This document shows, in pieces, positions 25,561-41,350 of a stretch of DNA of 64,000 nt (within the stretch, counting starts at the first letter, position 1; every line of letters starts with the position of its first letter). The notes below the pieces were generated by a model that saw nothing but the letters and a program-made list of their open reading frames with translations, was not told the origin of the DNA and did no database searches. Location: contig NW_005434646.1 in assembly GCF_000315625.1 (NCBI RefSeq), forward strand, positions 124,001-188,000, written 5' to 3'. Both the position numbers and the translations under genes were made by a program. The DNA is from Guillardia theta CCMP2712. Taxonomy: Eukaryota > Protista > Cryptophyta.

Positions 25561-27603
25561 ATGCTGAGCTTCTTCAATGACTCTGAGCAGGCTCCCCTCA
25601 TGATGTCCTGCCTGGAAAAGCTTCGTCCACGAAAAGATCTGAGCAAATTTTTCGATCTCTGGCAAACTAGATTTTTTGTTCTGGTTGACAAACAGCTGAA
25701 ATACTTCAAGCGCTATGAGAATTACTCCAATGGTGAAGAGCCTCTCGGAGAGATCTCGTTGGAGAGAGCCTGGTTGATCGAGCAGGAGTCGAATAGCCCG
25801 AGCAAGAAGAAGGTCATCAGCATTAGGACCCCCTGGCGAGATTTCACACTTCGTACGGATCAAGAGCGGATATTTGAAAATTGGATGAAAGCATTCGATT
25901 CTATCGGGCTCGTCAAGTGCGCCAAGGAGGAAAAACGTTTGAAAGAAGAGGCTCGGAAGGATCTGTCTGACGAGGACAACGTCACATGGACTAACGAGAT
26001 GCTGTCCAACTCAGATCACAGCCAGTCCAATGACAGATCTCACCAAGACTTGTCCCCACATGTACAACTGCAGATACACGAGCGTGAGAACTCCTCTTCG
26101 TCTTCCAGCCATGAATTCAACCGATCAGATGATGTCATTTCCTGCAGTCTCTATCTGGCCAACGAGACAGAAGTTCGACTTGATTCGACCCCGCAGAGTC
26201 TGATATCATCACGAGATAGAGCAACAGCCGACGGTGAAGGAACGATCCATGTGCACCCTCTGAATGCTGCTCCATCCACCCCCGAAGGGCTTTCTGCGGG
26301 TCTTAAGAAGAGCAAAATCAAGGACAAGGCTCGTAACTCAGCAGACAAGTCACGCTCAACAAGACCAAGCTCTTCAACAAAGAATGAGCTACGCGAACTT
26401 CACAAAGAAAGTGCAGTAGAGGCAACAGGTGTCGTGAAGTCATGTGAAATTCAGTGGACTCCAGATTACGATCCCAACACTTCTCAGAGTTCAGTTTCTC
26501 CTCCTCCTCCTCCCCCACCGCCGCCGCCGCCGTCCTGTCCTCCTCCGATTCACCGCGAACAGCACAGGGCCAGTGACACTTCAAAGAAGAGCGACGCTAC
26601 AAGCAAGCTCTCCTCGAAGGCTGCGTCTGCTCCATCCTCAACGTCAAGCCAAGGCGCGGCATCGTCATCAGGAAACAAGCAAGTATCTTCTCTGCCGCCT
26701 TCCTGTCAACTGCCTCCTCCTCCTCCCCCACCGCCGCCGCCGTCCTGTCCTCCTCCGATTCACCGCGAACAGCAAAGGGCCAGTGACACTTCAAAGAAGA
26801 GCGACGCTACAAGCAAGCTCTCCTCGAAGGATGCGTCTGCTCGATTCTCAACACCCAAGGAGAATAGATGTACTGCATCGTCGTCAGGAAACAAGCAAGC
26901 ATCTCCTCCTCCTCCTCCTCCTCCTCCTCCCCCGCCGCCGCCGCCGCTGCCTTCTTGTCATCCGCTTGCGTCTCCAATAATCGACTCTGTGAAGCGAAAT
27001 TCAAGTGGTGCTTCATCACTTTTGCCGTCGCCTCCTCCTCCTCCTCCTCCTCCTCCTCGACATTCGCCATCGGCATCAAGAGAGAAGTCAGAGCATTTAG
27101 CGCATGGTCGTCCAGACTTGAAGGTGAGAGCTTGCGGTGTTGACGATTGCGAGCAACCACTGAAGTCACTTCGCAGATTCAACCCGACAACACCTGTGCC
27201 GCTCCTTCTCCGCCTCCTCCCTTTCCTCCTCCTCCACTCCCTCCTGGTCACTGCACCATGCATCAAATGATCGTTCTTTGATGTGTGTGATCGCAGGAGC
27301 AGGGAAAGAAAGGAAGAAAGTAGCCCCGCCCCCCTCCAAGCTCCGACCTCCACCAACAAAGAGCAAGAGCGGCCAACACAAGTTCAAAGAGGCGGGGCTA
27401 GGTGAGTGAACGATCTCCATCTTCTCAACCAACTCGCAGCTCACCGGCGTCGGGCAGGAGAGGAGAGGAGAGAAGCGCAGACAGAGCGATCAGAGGCACT
27501 GACGCTGCAAGAAGAACTTCGGAACAAGTTGAAGGGTCGGCGAGTGAAGTCAAGAGGATCGGAGGAGCTGAGAAAGATGAGTACAGGACCAGCCTTATGT
27601 TGA
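25561..27603 (+). CDS. PH-domain protein with polyproline tracts (probable actin/membrane adaptor)
   Basis: PH signature WQTRFFVL..LKYFK..EPLGEISL..FTLRT..ENWMKAF; four poly-Pro runs; last exon LQEELRNKLK. Confidence 0.85.
26500..26905 (+). repeat. Internal ~210-nt duplication in the PH protein
   Basis: PPPPSCPPPIHREQxRASDTSKKSDATSKLSSK..SSGNKQ occurs twice. Confidence 0.9.
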
Positions 27604-27864
27604 GATGACTGCTTAGTCTGTTGGAACAGGACCGGGACAAGGAAGTAGCAATCACGATAGTACCATAGTTCAACTCTGATAAACACTCCGTTAGATCTCT
27701 ACCAGTTGTCTCATTTTTGACCTTGACTTACTTCAAGACTTGATGGTGGCTGTAGTACGGTACCGGGACTCTGGCGGGCGGCGGTGCGCGCGGCTCCGAG
27801 CCGGAGTCCAGGCCCGGCGCTCAGGGCCCGGCGCCGGACGGTTACACATGCTGCTTGGAACGAC

Positions 27865-28903
<1,039 letters not shown>

Positions 28904-29199
28904 AGCAATCAATGTAGTTATCTTGTAATCTGATTATTAAAACAAAAATCGTGCTGCGCATTCATGTTCCATACTCTCTCGCCTTGTAGGTAGAGGGTGG
29001 GTGAATTTCTCTGTGGAAGCAGCAAAATCCCAAAACTTGAGGGCGGAGTCATGAGGGTGGTGAGCTTCTTGGATGGAGGATCGGGGAGTGACGACGTTAA
29101 GGGGCGAGATATTAGGGTGATTTGAGAGCAAAGGAGACAAACTCCTCCTTGTGTTCTGCTGACATAGGTCATTCATAGCACAAGATCTGATCTGTGGTA

Positions 29200-30846
29200 T
29201 GGTACCTGCCCGACATTGCGTGCTTGTTTCTTAGAATGTTTGGTCGGCGTTGTTGAGTAGTCTGACATATCCCATTCGAAAATGTTTGCCGGATGCGGCC
29301 GGGAGGTCCTGATCCGAAGGTTGACTTCAGTCCCTGGTGACCCTTTGATCAGGTTCGAGATCTGACAAGGCTGTCAGTTTGAACAAGGGATCAAACTCCG
29401 ACTTCTCACCGCCTCCACAGTTTGTTCTTTCTCCATTGCCGTCCTGTTTTGCAGACCCTCCTCAAACGTGTGCGAATCGACTGAAACTATCTCATCTCCT
29501 ACCTTGATACCACCCTGACAGAAGGCGCTTCCTTCCATCATGACTTCCATGACAATCACTCTGCCAGACTCGCTTACTGCAAAACGAATTCCAAGCCCCC
29601 CGTTCCCCCCCCTCTTCAGCTTCAGCTCCTTTTCTTCCTGCTCCTCTTGCAAGCTGAACTTGCTTGCCGGTACGAATCTCTTGTCCTCCTGCAGGATGCC
29701 AAAATCGACAGAAACATCATTCACTCGCCTTCTGTCTGGATCAACTCGGACCAAGGTCTGCATAGCAGACAGCTGCTGGTGAACAATGATTTTCTCTCGC
29801 TTCTCAATCATCAAGAGCTCTTGAGTCTGCAACGCTCTTTTCCGCCACTGTCTTATCTCATTGACCTTAATGCTGAGCTCTTGCAGGAATCTCTTGCTCA
29901 GCTCATCTTTCTCTGCACGGAGCCTTTGAATTTCCATTTCCAGGTCGGCCCGACTCTTGGTGGCAAGAGAGAAGTACTTTTCTTCCTTGGAAAACGTCGC
30001 AGAGAGCTGAGGTCCATTGGGAGGTTGCGAAGCATACATGCTGACCTGGCCGATGACTCTTGGGCTGTCAGCTAAAGTTACAGTCGTCTAAAGGCACAGG
30101 CAAGGCCAGGTCAGGCTCGAAGGAGAGAGGAAGGGGGAGACAACAAGAGTAGAAGCGAACTCGAGGATAGGAGCGTGAGACATTGGAAAACGATAGCATG
30201 CAGAGGTGCACGTTGTGCTGAGAGAAAACAAAGGAATTCAGTCAGTCAGAGATGGTGGACTCAAGAGGGTCAAGAATGATCGAGTTTCGAGCCATCGCCA
30301 AAGTGAGGAAGGAAGTGGAAGGCAGAAGAGAGACAAGATCAGACGATGATCACAGGTATAGCCTCAGAAGATGATGAGCATGAAACGTCAGTATGTGAGA
30401 GGAGAATGGAAGATGAAGAGAGGGGAACAAAGAGCACGGACACCGCAGACAAATTGATAGGAGGAGGACTGGATGGAAACGAAAGGTATTCATTATAGGC
30501 AGGAAATCGCAGGACTGTCCAGCAGGCTGGGAGGGACGATGAGGAGAGTGTGGATGAAAGCAGGCGAGACGGGAGGAGGGAGGAGAGAGATGACTGACAG
30601 GAGAGAAGAGGAGAGGGACGACTGAGAGAAGAGAAGAGGAGAGGGACGACTCAGAGGAGAGGAGGAGAGCAGAGGAGAGGAGAGGGACGACTGAGAGGAG
30701 AGGAGAGGAGAGGAGAAGAGAGGAGAGGAGAAGAGAAGAGAGGAGGAGAGAGGAGGGGGAGGAGAGGAGAGGCAAGAAGGCCTGACGACAGCGTTTGAGC
30801 ACCTCAGAAGCCCATCGAGCGATGAATTCGGCATTGACCTTGCCAT
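29200..30846 (-). CDS. Coiled-coil + PDZ-domain protein
   Basis: LKRGGNGGLGIRFA..VIVMEV..GSAFCQGGIKVGDEIVSVD is a PDZ consensus; upstream coiled coil; ends approximate. Confidence 0.75.
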
Positions 30847-31048
30847 CCCGCTGCTGCGACTACTCGAAAAAAAAAAAAAAAAACTTGAAATGTTGAGGTC
30901 AACCATCTCTTCGCGCGCACGAACAGAAAATGCGAAATTGAAAATTTCACACGCGACCAGAAAATTACGTCAGATGACCGGATTTTTCGTAGATGGAAAA
31001 TAGGAACCATGGCATGAGGAGGAGCGGGAGGATCTAGAGGAAAAGGAA

Positions 31049-31178
<130 letters not shown>

Positions 31179-31499
31179 GGTGGTGGAAGGTATTACGAGA
31201 AACACGAGATGGGTGGTGAAGGACTACCAGGAGCAAGAATAAGAGCAGCAGAATATAGCATGATCGATTGATAGGCAAGGAAAGGACGAGGAAGAGGGGC
31301 CAATGCAAACGGAAGAGGGGGAGATGGTTCAGCATTGAGGGATACAAACTATCTAGATCGATCTCTTACCCTCCTTACAGACCGATCGGCGAGCCATAGG
31401 AGTCCTGTTATGGACCTTTGAAGATACAGATATCATATGGAGCTTGCGTTCATGGCACCGTGGGGTCACAGCCTTGCCAATGTTGTGATATGGATGGCG

Positions 31500-33750
<2,251 letters not shown>

Positions 33751-34075
33751 GGTTCTCACCTGGCTTCAGACGGATGTCATCGTATCTCCCCTCGCTCCTC
33801 TCTGGGTCAAAGTTGCGCTGAGGATGATGGGAATACGGGTGAACAATCAATGGACGGAGGCGGAGTACAGAGATACCCTGAGGAGGTGAGGGCAGAGTAG
33901 AATGGGAGGAGAGGTGGGAGGGGAGGGGAGGGGAGAGAAGGGGAGATGAGAGGAGGGAGGAAGAGATGGAGAGAGAAGGGTGGAAGGAGAAGGGGAGAAA
34001 AGCAAGTGGGAGGAGGAGAAGGTAGAGGTGGTGGGCCGAGAGGGTAGGAAAGGACTGTTCTGATGATTGTTTAGG

Positions 34076-35404
34076 ATGGGATTCGGAGTGAAGAGGATGG
34101 AATCTTTGAAGTCGTTTGTTCTCGCCAGATGGTTCCCCCCCGCTCTCGTGCGACACCTGGACTACTCGCTCCTCGTTGTCGAGCGGGAGCAGAGGAAGAG
34201 AGTCGCTATCATCGGCTCCGGCATGAGCGGTTGTGTCGCTGCTCATGTGCTTGACGGCTTCTTTGACGTGCGCATGTTCGAGTCGAAGCCGCAGGTCAAC
34301 CTGGCGGGGAACAGCATCGAGCTGGAGGGAGGGAACGTCGTTGACGTTCCTCTGCGCATGGTGGGCCCTCACTACTACAAGACGATGTGGAAGCTGGTGC
34401 GATCCCTTGGGGTTCGGACGGAGACGGTGAACTTTGACGTCTGCTGCTATGACGAGGAGGGAGTGAACGCGACGACGGAGACCTCGCTGCTGAAGACAGT
34501 CCTCGCTCGCTTCTTCCTCCTCCCGTCCTTGGCAAGGCTCACATGGGTCGTCTTTTTGTGTCGACCGCAGGGCCAGGAGACGTTCGGGGGATACATGCGG
34601 AGACATGGGCTGAGGGAGACGGAGGTGTACCAGGTCTTCATCAAGAGACAACTCAGCTGGATGCTCTCATGCTCGTTCGCGATGGTCGAGGACTACCCAG
34701 CAGACTTCATCCTCCCCTTTCTCAGCTCCATCAACCCTCTGCTCGCCTTCAACAAGAAAGTCCTCCGCATCCATCCCACCAATGACGTCCTGCAGCGGGC
34801 GCTCGTGGAGGACAAGGACGTAGTTACCAGCTTCAGCGTCCCCCCACTGCGGAGAGAGGACGGGACCGTGAGCATCGGGGGGGGCAAGTTCGACTACGTG
34901 CTCCTTGCCACGGAAGCCTCGGCGGTTCACAAGATCCTTCCGGAGCCGTGGACTGAGTTCTTTGACAAGTTCGTCTACCACCCGAGCTCCTGCGTCATCC
35001 ACACTGACTGCCGTCTCATGCCCGAGCGTCGGGAGGACTGGAGGACCGTCAACGTGAAGGAGAGCGGAGGGGACGGGTCCTGCATGCTGTCGGTATGGAT
35101 GAACGCCTACTACAGGGACAGCAAGCTCCCGAGCGATGTCTTCCAGACTTGGAACGCGCACGCGCGACCGGAGGACGGGAAGCTTGTCGCTCAAGTTCAC
35201 TTCACTCGCGTCGTCCACCAGCTCCAGTCGCGGCAGCTCATGGAGCAGGTCAGGTCAGCGCAGGGGAAGGAAGGGTTCTTCTTCTGCGGGGCATACGCCA
35301 TGGAGGGGCTGGGGCTGCTGGAGCAGGCGGCATCATCAGCCTTGGACGCTTGCGAGAGAATTTTACAGCAGCAGCTGGAAGAGAAGGAGAAACTGATGAG
35401 ATGA
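34076..35404 (+). CDS. FAD/NAD-binding flavoprotein (COG2907 / amine-oxidase-like)
   Basis: Rossmann motif RVAIIGSGMSG..AAH.L..FE; VDVPLR; VIHTD..LMP..R..W; QGKEGFFFCGAY..GLLEQA. Confidence 0.85.
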   Translation: MGFGVKRMESLKSFVLARWFPPALVRHLDYSLLVVEREQRKRVAIIGSGMSGCVAAHVLDGFFDVRMFESKPQVNLAGNSIELEGGNVVDVPLRMVGPHYYKTMWKLVRSLGVRTETVNFDVCCYDEEGVNATTETSLLKTVLARFFLLPSLARLTWVVFLCRPQGQETFGGYMRRHGLRETEVYQVFIKRQLSWMLSCSFAMVEDYPADFILPFLSSINPLLAFNKKVLRIHPTNDVLQRALVEDKDVVTSFSVPPLRREDGTVSIGGGKFDYVLLATEASAVHKILPEPWTEFFDKFVYHPSSCVIHTDCRLMPERREDWRTVNVKESGGDGSCMLSVWMNAYYRDSKLPSDVFQTWNAHARPEDGKLVAQVHFTRVVHQLQSRQLMEQVRSAQGKEGFFFCGAYAMEGLGLLEQAASSALDACERILQQQLEEKEKLMR

Positions 35405-35899
35405 TAGTAGAGACAAGTACGCGCTCCTCCCCCTCCTCCGTCTTCCTCCTCTCTCCTTCAACCCTCCCCGCACCAGCCTGATCTCTCCTCTCTCGAACAG
35501 ATCAGATCCATGTGGATCACGAGAAGCAAGGATTCCATCAGCCTTGTGTAACATTTATCACGTCCAGTACTCCTCCTCCCTCATCATCATCTTCTCCTTC
35601 CTCGTCTCCTCCTCTTTCATCTTCTTCTCTCTTCCTGGCTCTCTTTCGGTCCCTCGGATCCTCCAGCTCCAAGGATGAAACTTCTCTCGAGAACCTACCG
35701 ACGACAGTCTGGAGGAGGAGACGAGAATGGTTGAAGGGAGGGAGGAAGAAGGGCGAGGAGGAGAGAGCGGAGGAGGGTGGGGAGGAGAGAGTGGAGAGTC
35801 AGAAGCAGGGGATAGGGGACGATGAGAGGGAAGAGAGAGAGGAGGAGGGGGAGGAGGGGAGCCAGGAGAGGGTTGAAGGGTCGCGGGCAAGCTGGGAAT

Positions 35900-36275
35900 T
35901 CCGATGCTACTTGACTCGCTGAGATCTTGCTTGGTTTCACTCCCTTCCTCCGACACGCTGACAAACGACGAGTCTTCCACCCCTCTGCTTCTGCATGCTT
36001 CCTCCGCCTCATCCTGCTCCTCCTCCTGCTGCTCCTGCTGCTCCTGCTGCTCCTCCTCATCCTCCTCCTGTTCCCCCCCCTCCGCCTTCTCCTCCCTCTC
36101 ATTCTCGAGCATTGTGCTCCTCTTTTCGTCCCATTCTCTCCCTCCCGGCAATGGCTTGGGACGAGGCAATTCACATCTCAAGAGTGGAGAGGGAGGCACA
36201 CGCTCCGAGTCTCCTGCTCCTGCTCCTGCTCCCGCTCCTGCTCCTGCTCCTGCTCCCGCTCCTGCTCCTGCTCCC

Positions 36276-36322
<47 letters not shown>

Positions 36323-38240
36323 CGCTCCTGCTCCTGCTCCTGCTCCTGCTCCCGCTCCTGCTCCTGCTCCCGCTCCCGCTCCCGCTCCCCCTCTTTCCTC
36401 AGCTGTAGTTTCAAGCTCCCAAGCACCATCTCCTTCCTCTTCTGCCAGGACTGCAAGCAGGCTGAGGTGCCGGGAGTCTGAATGGCATCCGAGTGAGGGA
36501 GCGAAGCGAAGGAGGAGGTGAAGGTCATGATGACGTGGAAGGGAGAGCAGGGCTGTTCAGAAATGACAGGAAGATAGGAAGTCACAGCAGTAGAACGAGC
36601 AGCAGGAGCGGCAGCAGTGGTGGTGGTGGAGGAGGTGGTGGTGGTGGTAAGAGGACGAGGAGGAGGAGAAGCACACTTAGAGTCCGAGCAGTGGGATGTC
36701 ACCTGTGAGGGAGTCCAGGTCTGCCGTGTCTTCACTCGTCATACCGAACCTGTGAGTTCGTCACGAGGGGAAAAAGAAGGAGGGAGAGAAAGAGGGAGAG
36801 AGGGAGAGAGAAAGGGAGAGGGAGAGAGAGAAAGAGGGAGAGAGACGGAGAGAGTGAAAGAGGGAGGGAAGGAGAGGGAGGGGGAGCAGAGGAGGGGAGG
36901 AGGAGGGACGAGGATGAGAGACGAACAAGCAAACGGAGGAGGCTTCAGGCTCCTGCATGGCGGGTCTGTGGGGATCCCGTGCGGTGATGGAATCTTCATC
37001 GCCACACCGTCTCTCAGTGAAATCATCGAAGGATTCCTTCACCCGAGACACCAGCTGCTGCTGCTCCTCTCCTCCTCCTCCTCCTCCTCCTTGACTGCAT
37101 TCCTTTCTCCGGCTGTCCTCTGCTTCACCCCAGTCCCTTGGCTCATCATCCTTCATCATAGCTTCACTTCCCTTCCAGCAGGGAACCTGAGATCTCGTAT
37201 CCTCGTCTTCATTCTTGTCATCATCTTTCCTTGCCACTCCCCTTTGATCCTTCTCCTTCTCCTTCTCCTTCTCCTGCTCCTTCTCCTCCTCCTCCTCCTC
37301 CTCCTTCTCCATTGCAGTCTCTTGCAAATTCCCCGTCGCATCTTCTCCGTCCTCGACTTGAGAGGCTCCACTTTCCCTGTAGCCTTGGAAGGAGCCGACG
37401 GGGGCAGGCAGGAGAGCGGAGCTGTGCTGGGGAGGAGGAGAGAGCGTAGAGAAGAGGAGACAGGATACGAAGAAGAACCAGTAGCTGCATGCTTCTATAA
37501 GTAAGCCTCGCCATGCACCCTCCGCTCCTGTTTTGCACATGGCGGAGCCAGCTGAGATCCGCAGCGTTATCGCTATGAGGAGGAGGAAGAGGAGGAAGAG
37601 GGGCAGTAGCAGTGACTTCCTAAGAGGCTGGAGAATGTCGGGCTTGTACATGAGCAGCAGGAGGATGCGAAGAGAGAAGAAGAGGAGGAGGAGGGAGGGA
37701 AGGATGTAGAAGTCCAGCAGGAACAGCAGAGAGGCGAAGCTGTTGCTCCCATTTTCGCACATCTCCCGCTGCATCTCCTTCACCAGCTCCTCGTCCTTCC
37801 TCATCGTCCTGAACGCGTTGGCAACCCCAAGCCATCCCAGGCAGCAGAGGAAGCAACAGGCGTCGATGGCCTGCGATACCCGACGGAAGAAGAGGAGGAG
37901 GAGAGCGACGAGTGCAGGCCAGGAGCCCCTCTGCCTCCTCCCTGCGCGCGCAGAGAAGGTAGAGAGCTCAGACTGCCTGAACGAGGAGCTGCAGGAGCGA
38001 AGGCTAGCAGGGAGCAGCAGTATCTCGAGACTTCTCATACCGAGGATGAGCAAGGACTGACCATGATCCCCCACATCCCGCCTGCTCCTGGCCTGGATGA
38101 CAGAGCGAGAGACGGCGGAGATGAAAAGGACGATGCAAAGCAGGACGAGTGACGCCCTCTCCTCTGTCTCTCCCGCCCATGTGCTGTTGACCTCTCCTCT
38201 CCTCTCCCCAGCCATGCCGCCGAGTGACTCGTCGTCCCTG
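35900..38240 (-). CDS. Multi-pass membrane protein with low-complexity acidic C-terminus
   Basis: Hydrophobic helices in ORF 36761..38425; exon structure unresolved. Confidence 0.45.
36211..36388 (+). repeat. (CTCCTG/CTCCCG)n microsatellite, i.e. (GAGCAG)n on the minus strand
   Basis: Direct reading. Confidence 0.95.
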
Positions 38241-38730
38241 TTTCCTCTCGCTTCCTTGCCTCGAAATCGCTCGCTTCCCCCTGGCTTGTCATGCGCATAT
38301 TGACAGAAGTTGTACCTCCGTGCTCCTCCATTTTCGTGAAGGCAGTGGAGAGAGGAGGGGGCCCGTTGCTCGCTGGTCTCGTCGGCGACCTCAAGGCGAT
38401 AGTCCATGCTGGAAAGGGAGAGCAATACAGTAGGAGCTATCTTCCTCTCTCATTCACTTGGACCTTCCATAAAACACGAGTAACATAAGTTAGCAAGAGT
38501 AAATACAGTATGTTCTCCTCATCCCTCGTTTTCCCTCCTCTCCTCTCTCCTCTCCTCCCTCCTCTCCTCCTCCGAGGCCTCCTCTCTTCCCTCCCTCCCT
38601 CCCTCCCTCCCTTCTCCCTCCCTCGCTCTCTCCCTCCCTCTCTCCTTAGCTCTCTTCCTTTATTGTAATGAAGTGGAACCCTGCGAGGAACCTCTATTGC
38701 CCGCGGGGGTGGAACACTTAGAAAATGCGG

Positions 38731-38830
38731 NNNNNNNNNNNNNNNNNNNNNNNNNNNNNNNNNNNNNNNNNNNNNNNNNNNNNNNNNNNNNNNNNNNNNN
38801 NNNNNNNNNNNNNNNNNNNNNNNNNNNNNN
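38731..38830. other. Assembly gap (100 N)
   Basis: N run. Confidence 1.
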
Positions 38831-39104
38831 CCCTCCCTCCCTCCCTCCTTCGCTCCCTCCCTCCCTCCCTCTCTCATGACTGTTTTTTTGTCGCTGCTCC
38901 CCTGAGGCGAACTCGCAGGGAGTGGAGTCTGCAGTGGAGTTACAGCAGGGGGTCTTGCCGTCCTCCTCGCAGGAGCCTGCCCTTGCGCTACATCTCAGTG
39001 TAGGGGTTCTCCTCTTGTCAGCCTCAGCTACTATGGGCGGATCAGATGGTGACACTCCGACAGGTTGCCGCTGAGAGGCAAGAAGAGACTCGCCCGGCCG
39101 TATG

Positions 39105-39259
39105 CTACTCGTTCATCGTAGTGGTAGTACTACTCCTTCATCGTAGTGGTAGTACTACTACTACTCGTTCAACGTAGTGGTAGTACTACTACTACTCGTT
39201 CATCGTAGTGGTAGTCGTTCATCGTAGTGGTACTACTACTACTCGTTCAACGTAGTAGG
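39105..39259. repeat. Minisatellite of six 21-31 nt self-complementary units (CTACTCGTTCAWCGTAGTGGTAGTA)
   Basis: Direct reading. Confidence 0.9.
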
Positions 39260-39620
39260 CTTCTAATCCTCCTACCATCCAATCTGTAGAAACAATTGGA
39301 GATCCGACAGCCTGAGACCGTGAGAGCTAGGGCGAGGCATGAAAACCTGGAGCTCACCTGCCCTTGAAACGGATGCTCACCAACCTCGCGGCAGACATCT
39401 CTGGCCACACGTTCTTTACGGTTCACATTTATCTTTTGCTATCTGACAGCCTGAAGGAAAAACTCCATCAAGCATGTACGCCCTCCAACCGTAAACATTG
39501 CAACACTTTGTTGGGTGGTTTACAAAGTTGCGATCAATCGAGGATAGAACTCGCGTTTCAGTCGCGGCACGGTTTACTATCACCTAACATCATAACATAT
39601 ACCTCCTAGACTACTATTCG

Positions 39621-40411
39621 TCACAGGCTGTATGGCAATACTTGTCCGTCCCTCAGCACACATCGGCATTCCCCTCTTCCGTCCACCAGCAGCACGTCCA
39701 GGCCTTCGACGAGCTTTGTTTCTCGCAGTGTCAAGACCATGATAGCAAGCGCTTCTGCATGCGGCGGATTCCCTCCCACCACATACCCTCGGTTGATAGT
39801 TCTCGGCATACTTGCATGCTATGTAAAGGTTTCGAGATCTCGTGCATCAAGTTTGCGAGCTCTTTCGAAACAGATTGTTCCTTGCCTGCGAAGCCAAAGT
39901 CTCGCAGCTGCCGACAGACTGTCTTGCTGTACTCATTCAGTGTGTTCTTCGGCTCCGTCAACAGATGGCCCGTCAAAAACGTCTTGATACCGTCGGTAAG
40001 AGACATGCTGCAGTTGTACCGTGATATCCCGATCTCAATCAGCGCTCGATTGTTGACGATGAAAGCTTTCAGCCTCATATCCTGCAACTGCAGGTTGAGT
40101 GCGTTGATGAGTTGATCCTTGTTGGCCTCCAGGCTGATCTTTTCATTCTTGAGATCGTCGATCTGCTGGTCCTTGTCCTCGATCTGCTTGTTCGTGTCCT
40201 TCTCCAGCTTGATGCTCTGCTTTATCGCTTCATCGTACAAGAGAGTTAAGATCCCGGCACTCTTGTTATCGCCTGACTGTTGTACTATTTCTCACATGAT
40301 TGACACCATGATATAGATCTCATATTTCCCTGATCGGCTATGGTGGTTTCACGATTTTCTTCATTGTACTGAATTAATCATCCTTAAACCTGGTCGCCGC
40401 CTTGCTGCCAT
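39621..40411 (-). pseudogene. Coiled-coil protein gene with an apparent frameshift near 39810 (possible pseudogene)
   Basis: ORF 39731..40240 reads as protein to ..HEISKPLH; a protein-like continuation GYVVGGNPPHAEALAIMV..QVLPYSL lies in another frame (39621..39809). Confidence 0.45.
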
Positions 40412-40601
40412 AGCGATTTCCTGCAAACTCACCCACCCCCTCCTGCAGAGGTACCCCTAAGATTCCTATTAGAAATACCGGTACTACACCCTTTTATTCC
40501 GAGTTCCACCCCCCCTGTAGTAGTAGGTTCCACCCAGGGTTCTACCCCCGTACGATGGGGGATGAGGGCTAACAGTGAGGGGCGATGGCGGGGAGTGCGA
40601 A

Positions 40602-41350
40602 ATGCTGAGACTGGAGTTCGAAAAGAGGGAAGGGAGAGGAGGAGGAGGAGGAGAGGGGGGTCAGGGATCAGCGATGTCTATCGGATCATCAAACACACGA
40701 AGGCTGAGGATACTCGTCGGGCTGTTTGCCTTGACTGCAGTCTTGCTATGTGGCCTGATAACCTGGGAGCAAACCGAAACGAACGAGGAGCAAATGTGGC
40801 CGCGACAGATTGCAGGCGATGGTATGCGGAGAGCCGATGCAGCTGATCGCAAGCTCCTCATGCTGTCACCATCCCTCTACGTTGCGGGCGTTGGTGATGG
40901 TCTCTTCTCACTGGTGAAGTTTTTCCCTGTTGTAGAACCTTGTTGGGGCTCACACTCGTTTTCAGTTTATCCTTTACGTCTTGTTGATCATCTCGGTAAT
41001 ACCCAGAACCTTGTTGTCTTCTTGCTCACCTTGCCCCAGTGTGCCGTTGGCTGCAACATCCGCAACGGCTGTCCGCTCATTCTAATCTCAGTCATCGTTG
41101 TTCTGGTTGTGACCCTCGTCCTCGTCCTATCGCCTCGGGTTTGCCCTTCTCCTTCCTCTCCCCATCACGTCCTCACGTCCTCCCCCGCAGGTTCCTCGGC
41201 AGGAGCTCCAGGCGCTGGCTGAGCAACAGAAGTACCAGCCCTTTGACAGGCAGGTCTCCGCGTCTAGAGCATTCGTTGACCTCTTGCGCAGGTTGTACAT
41301 ATGGCAGGCACTGATCATGTCGCTGGTGTGGCTGGGGCTGGTGAGCGAAA
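40602..41350 (+). CDS. Small type II membrane protein, multi-exon
   Basis: RRLRILVGLFALTAVLLCGLITW anchor; short exons follow. Confidence 0.4.

Noticed and set aside
39105-39259. CRISPR-like array
   Set aside because: No unique spacers between repeats, no cas genes, eukaryotic context
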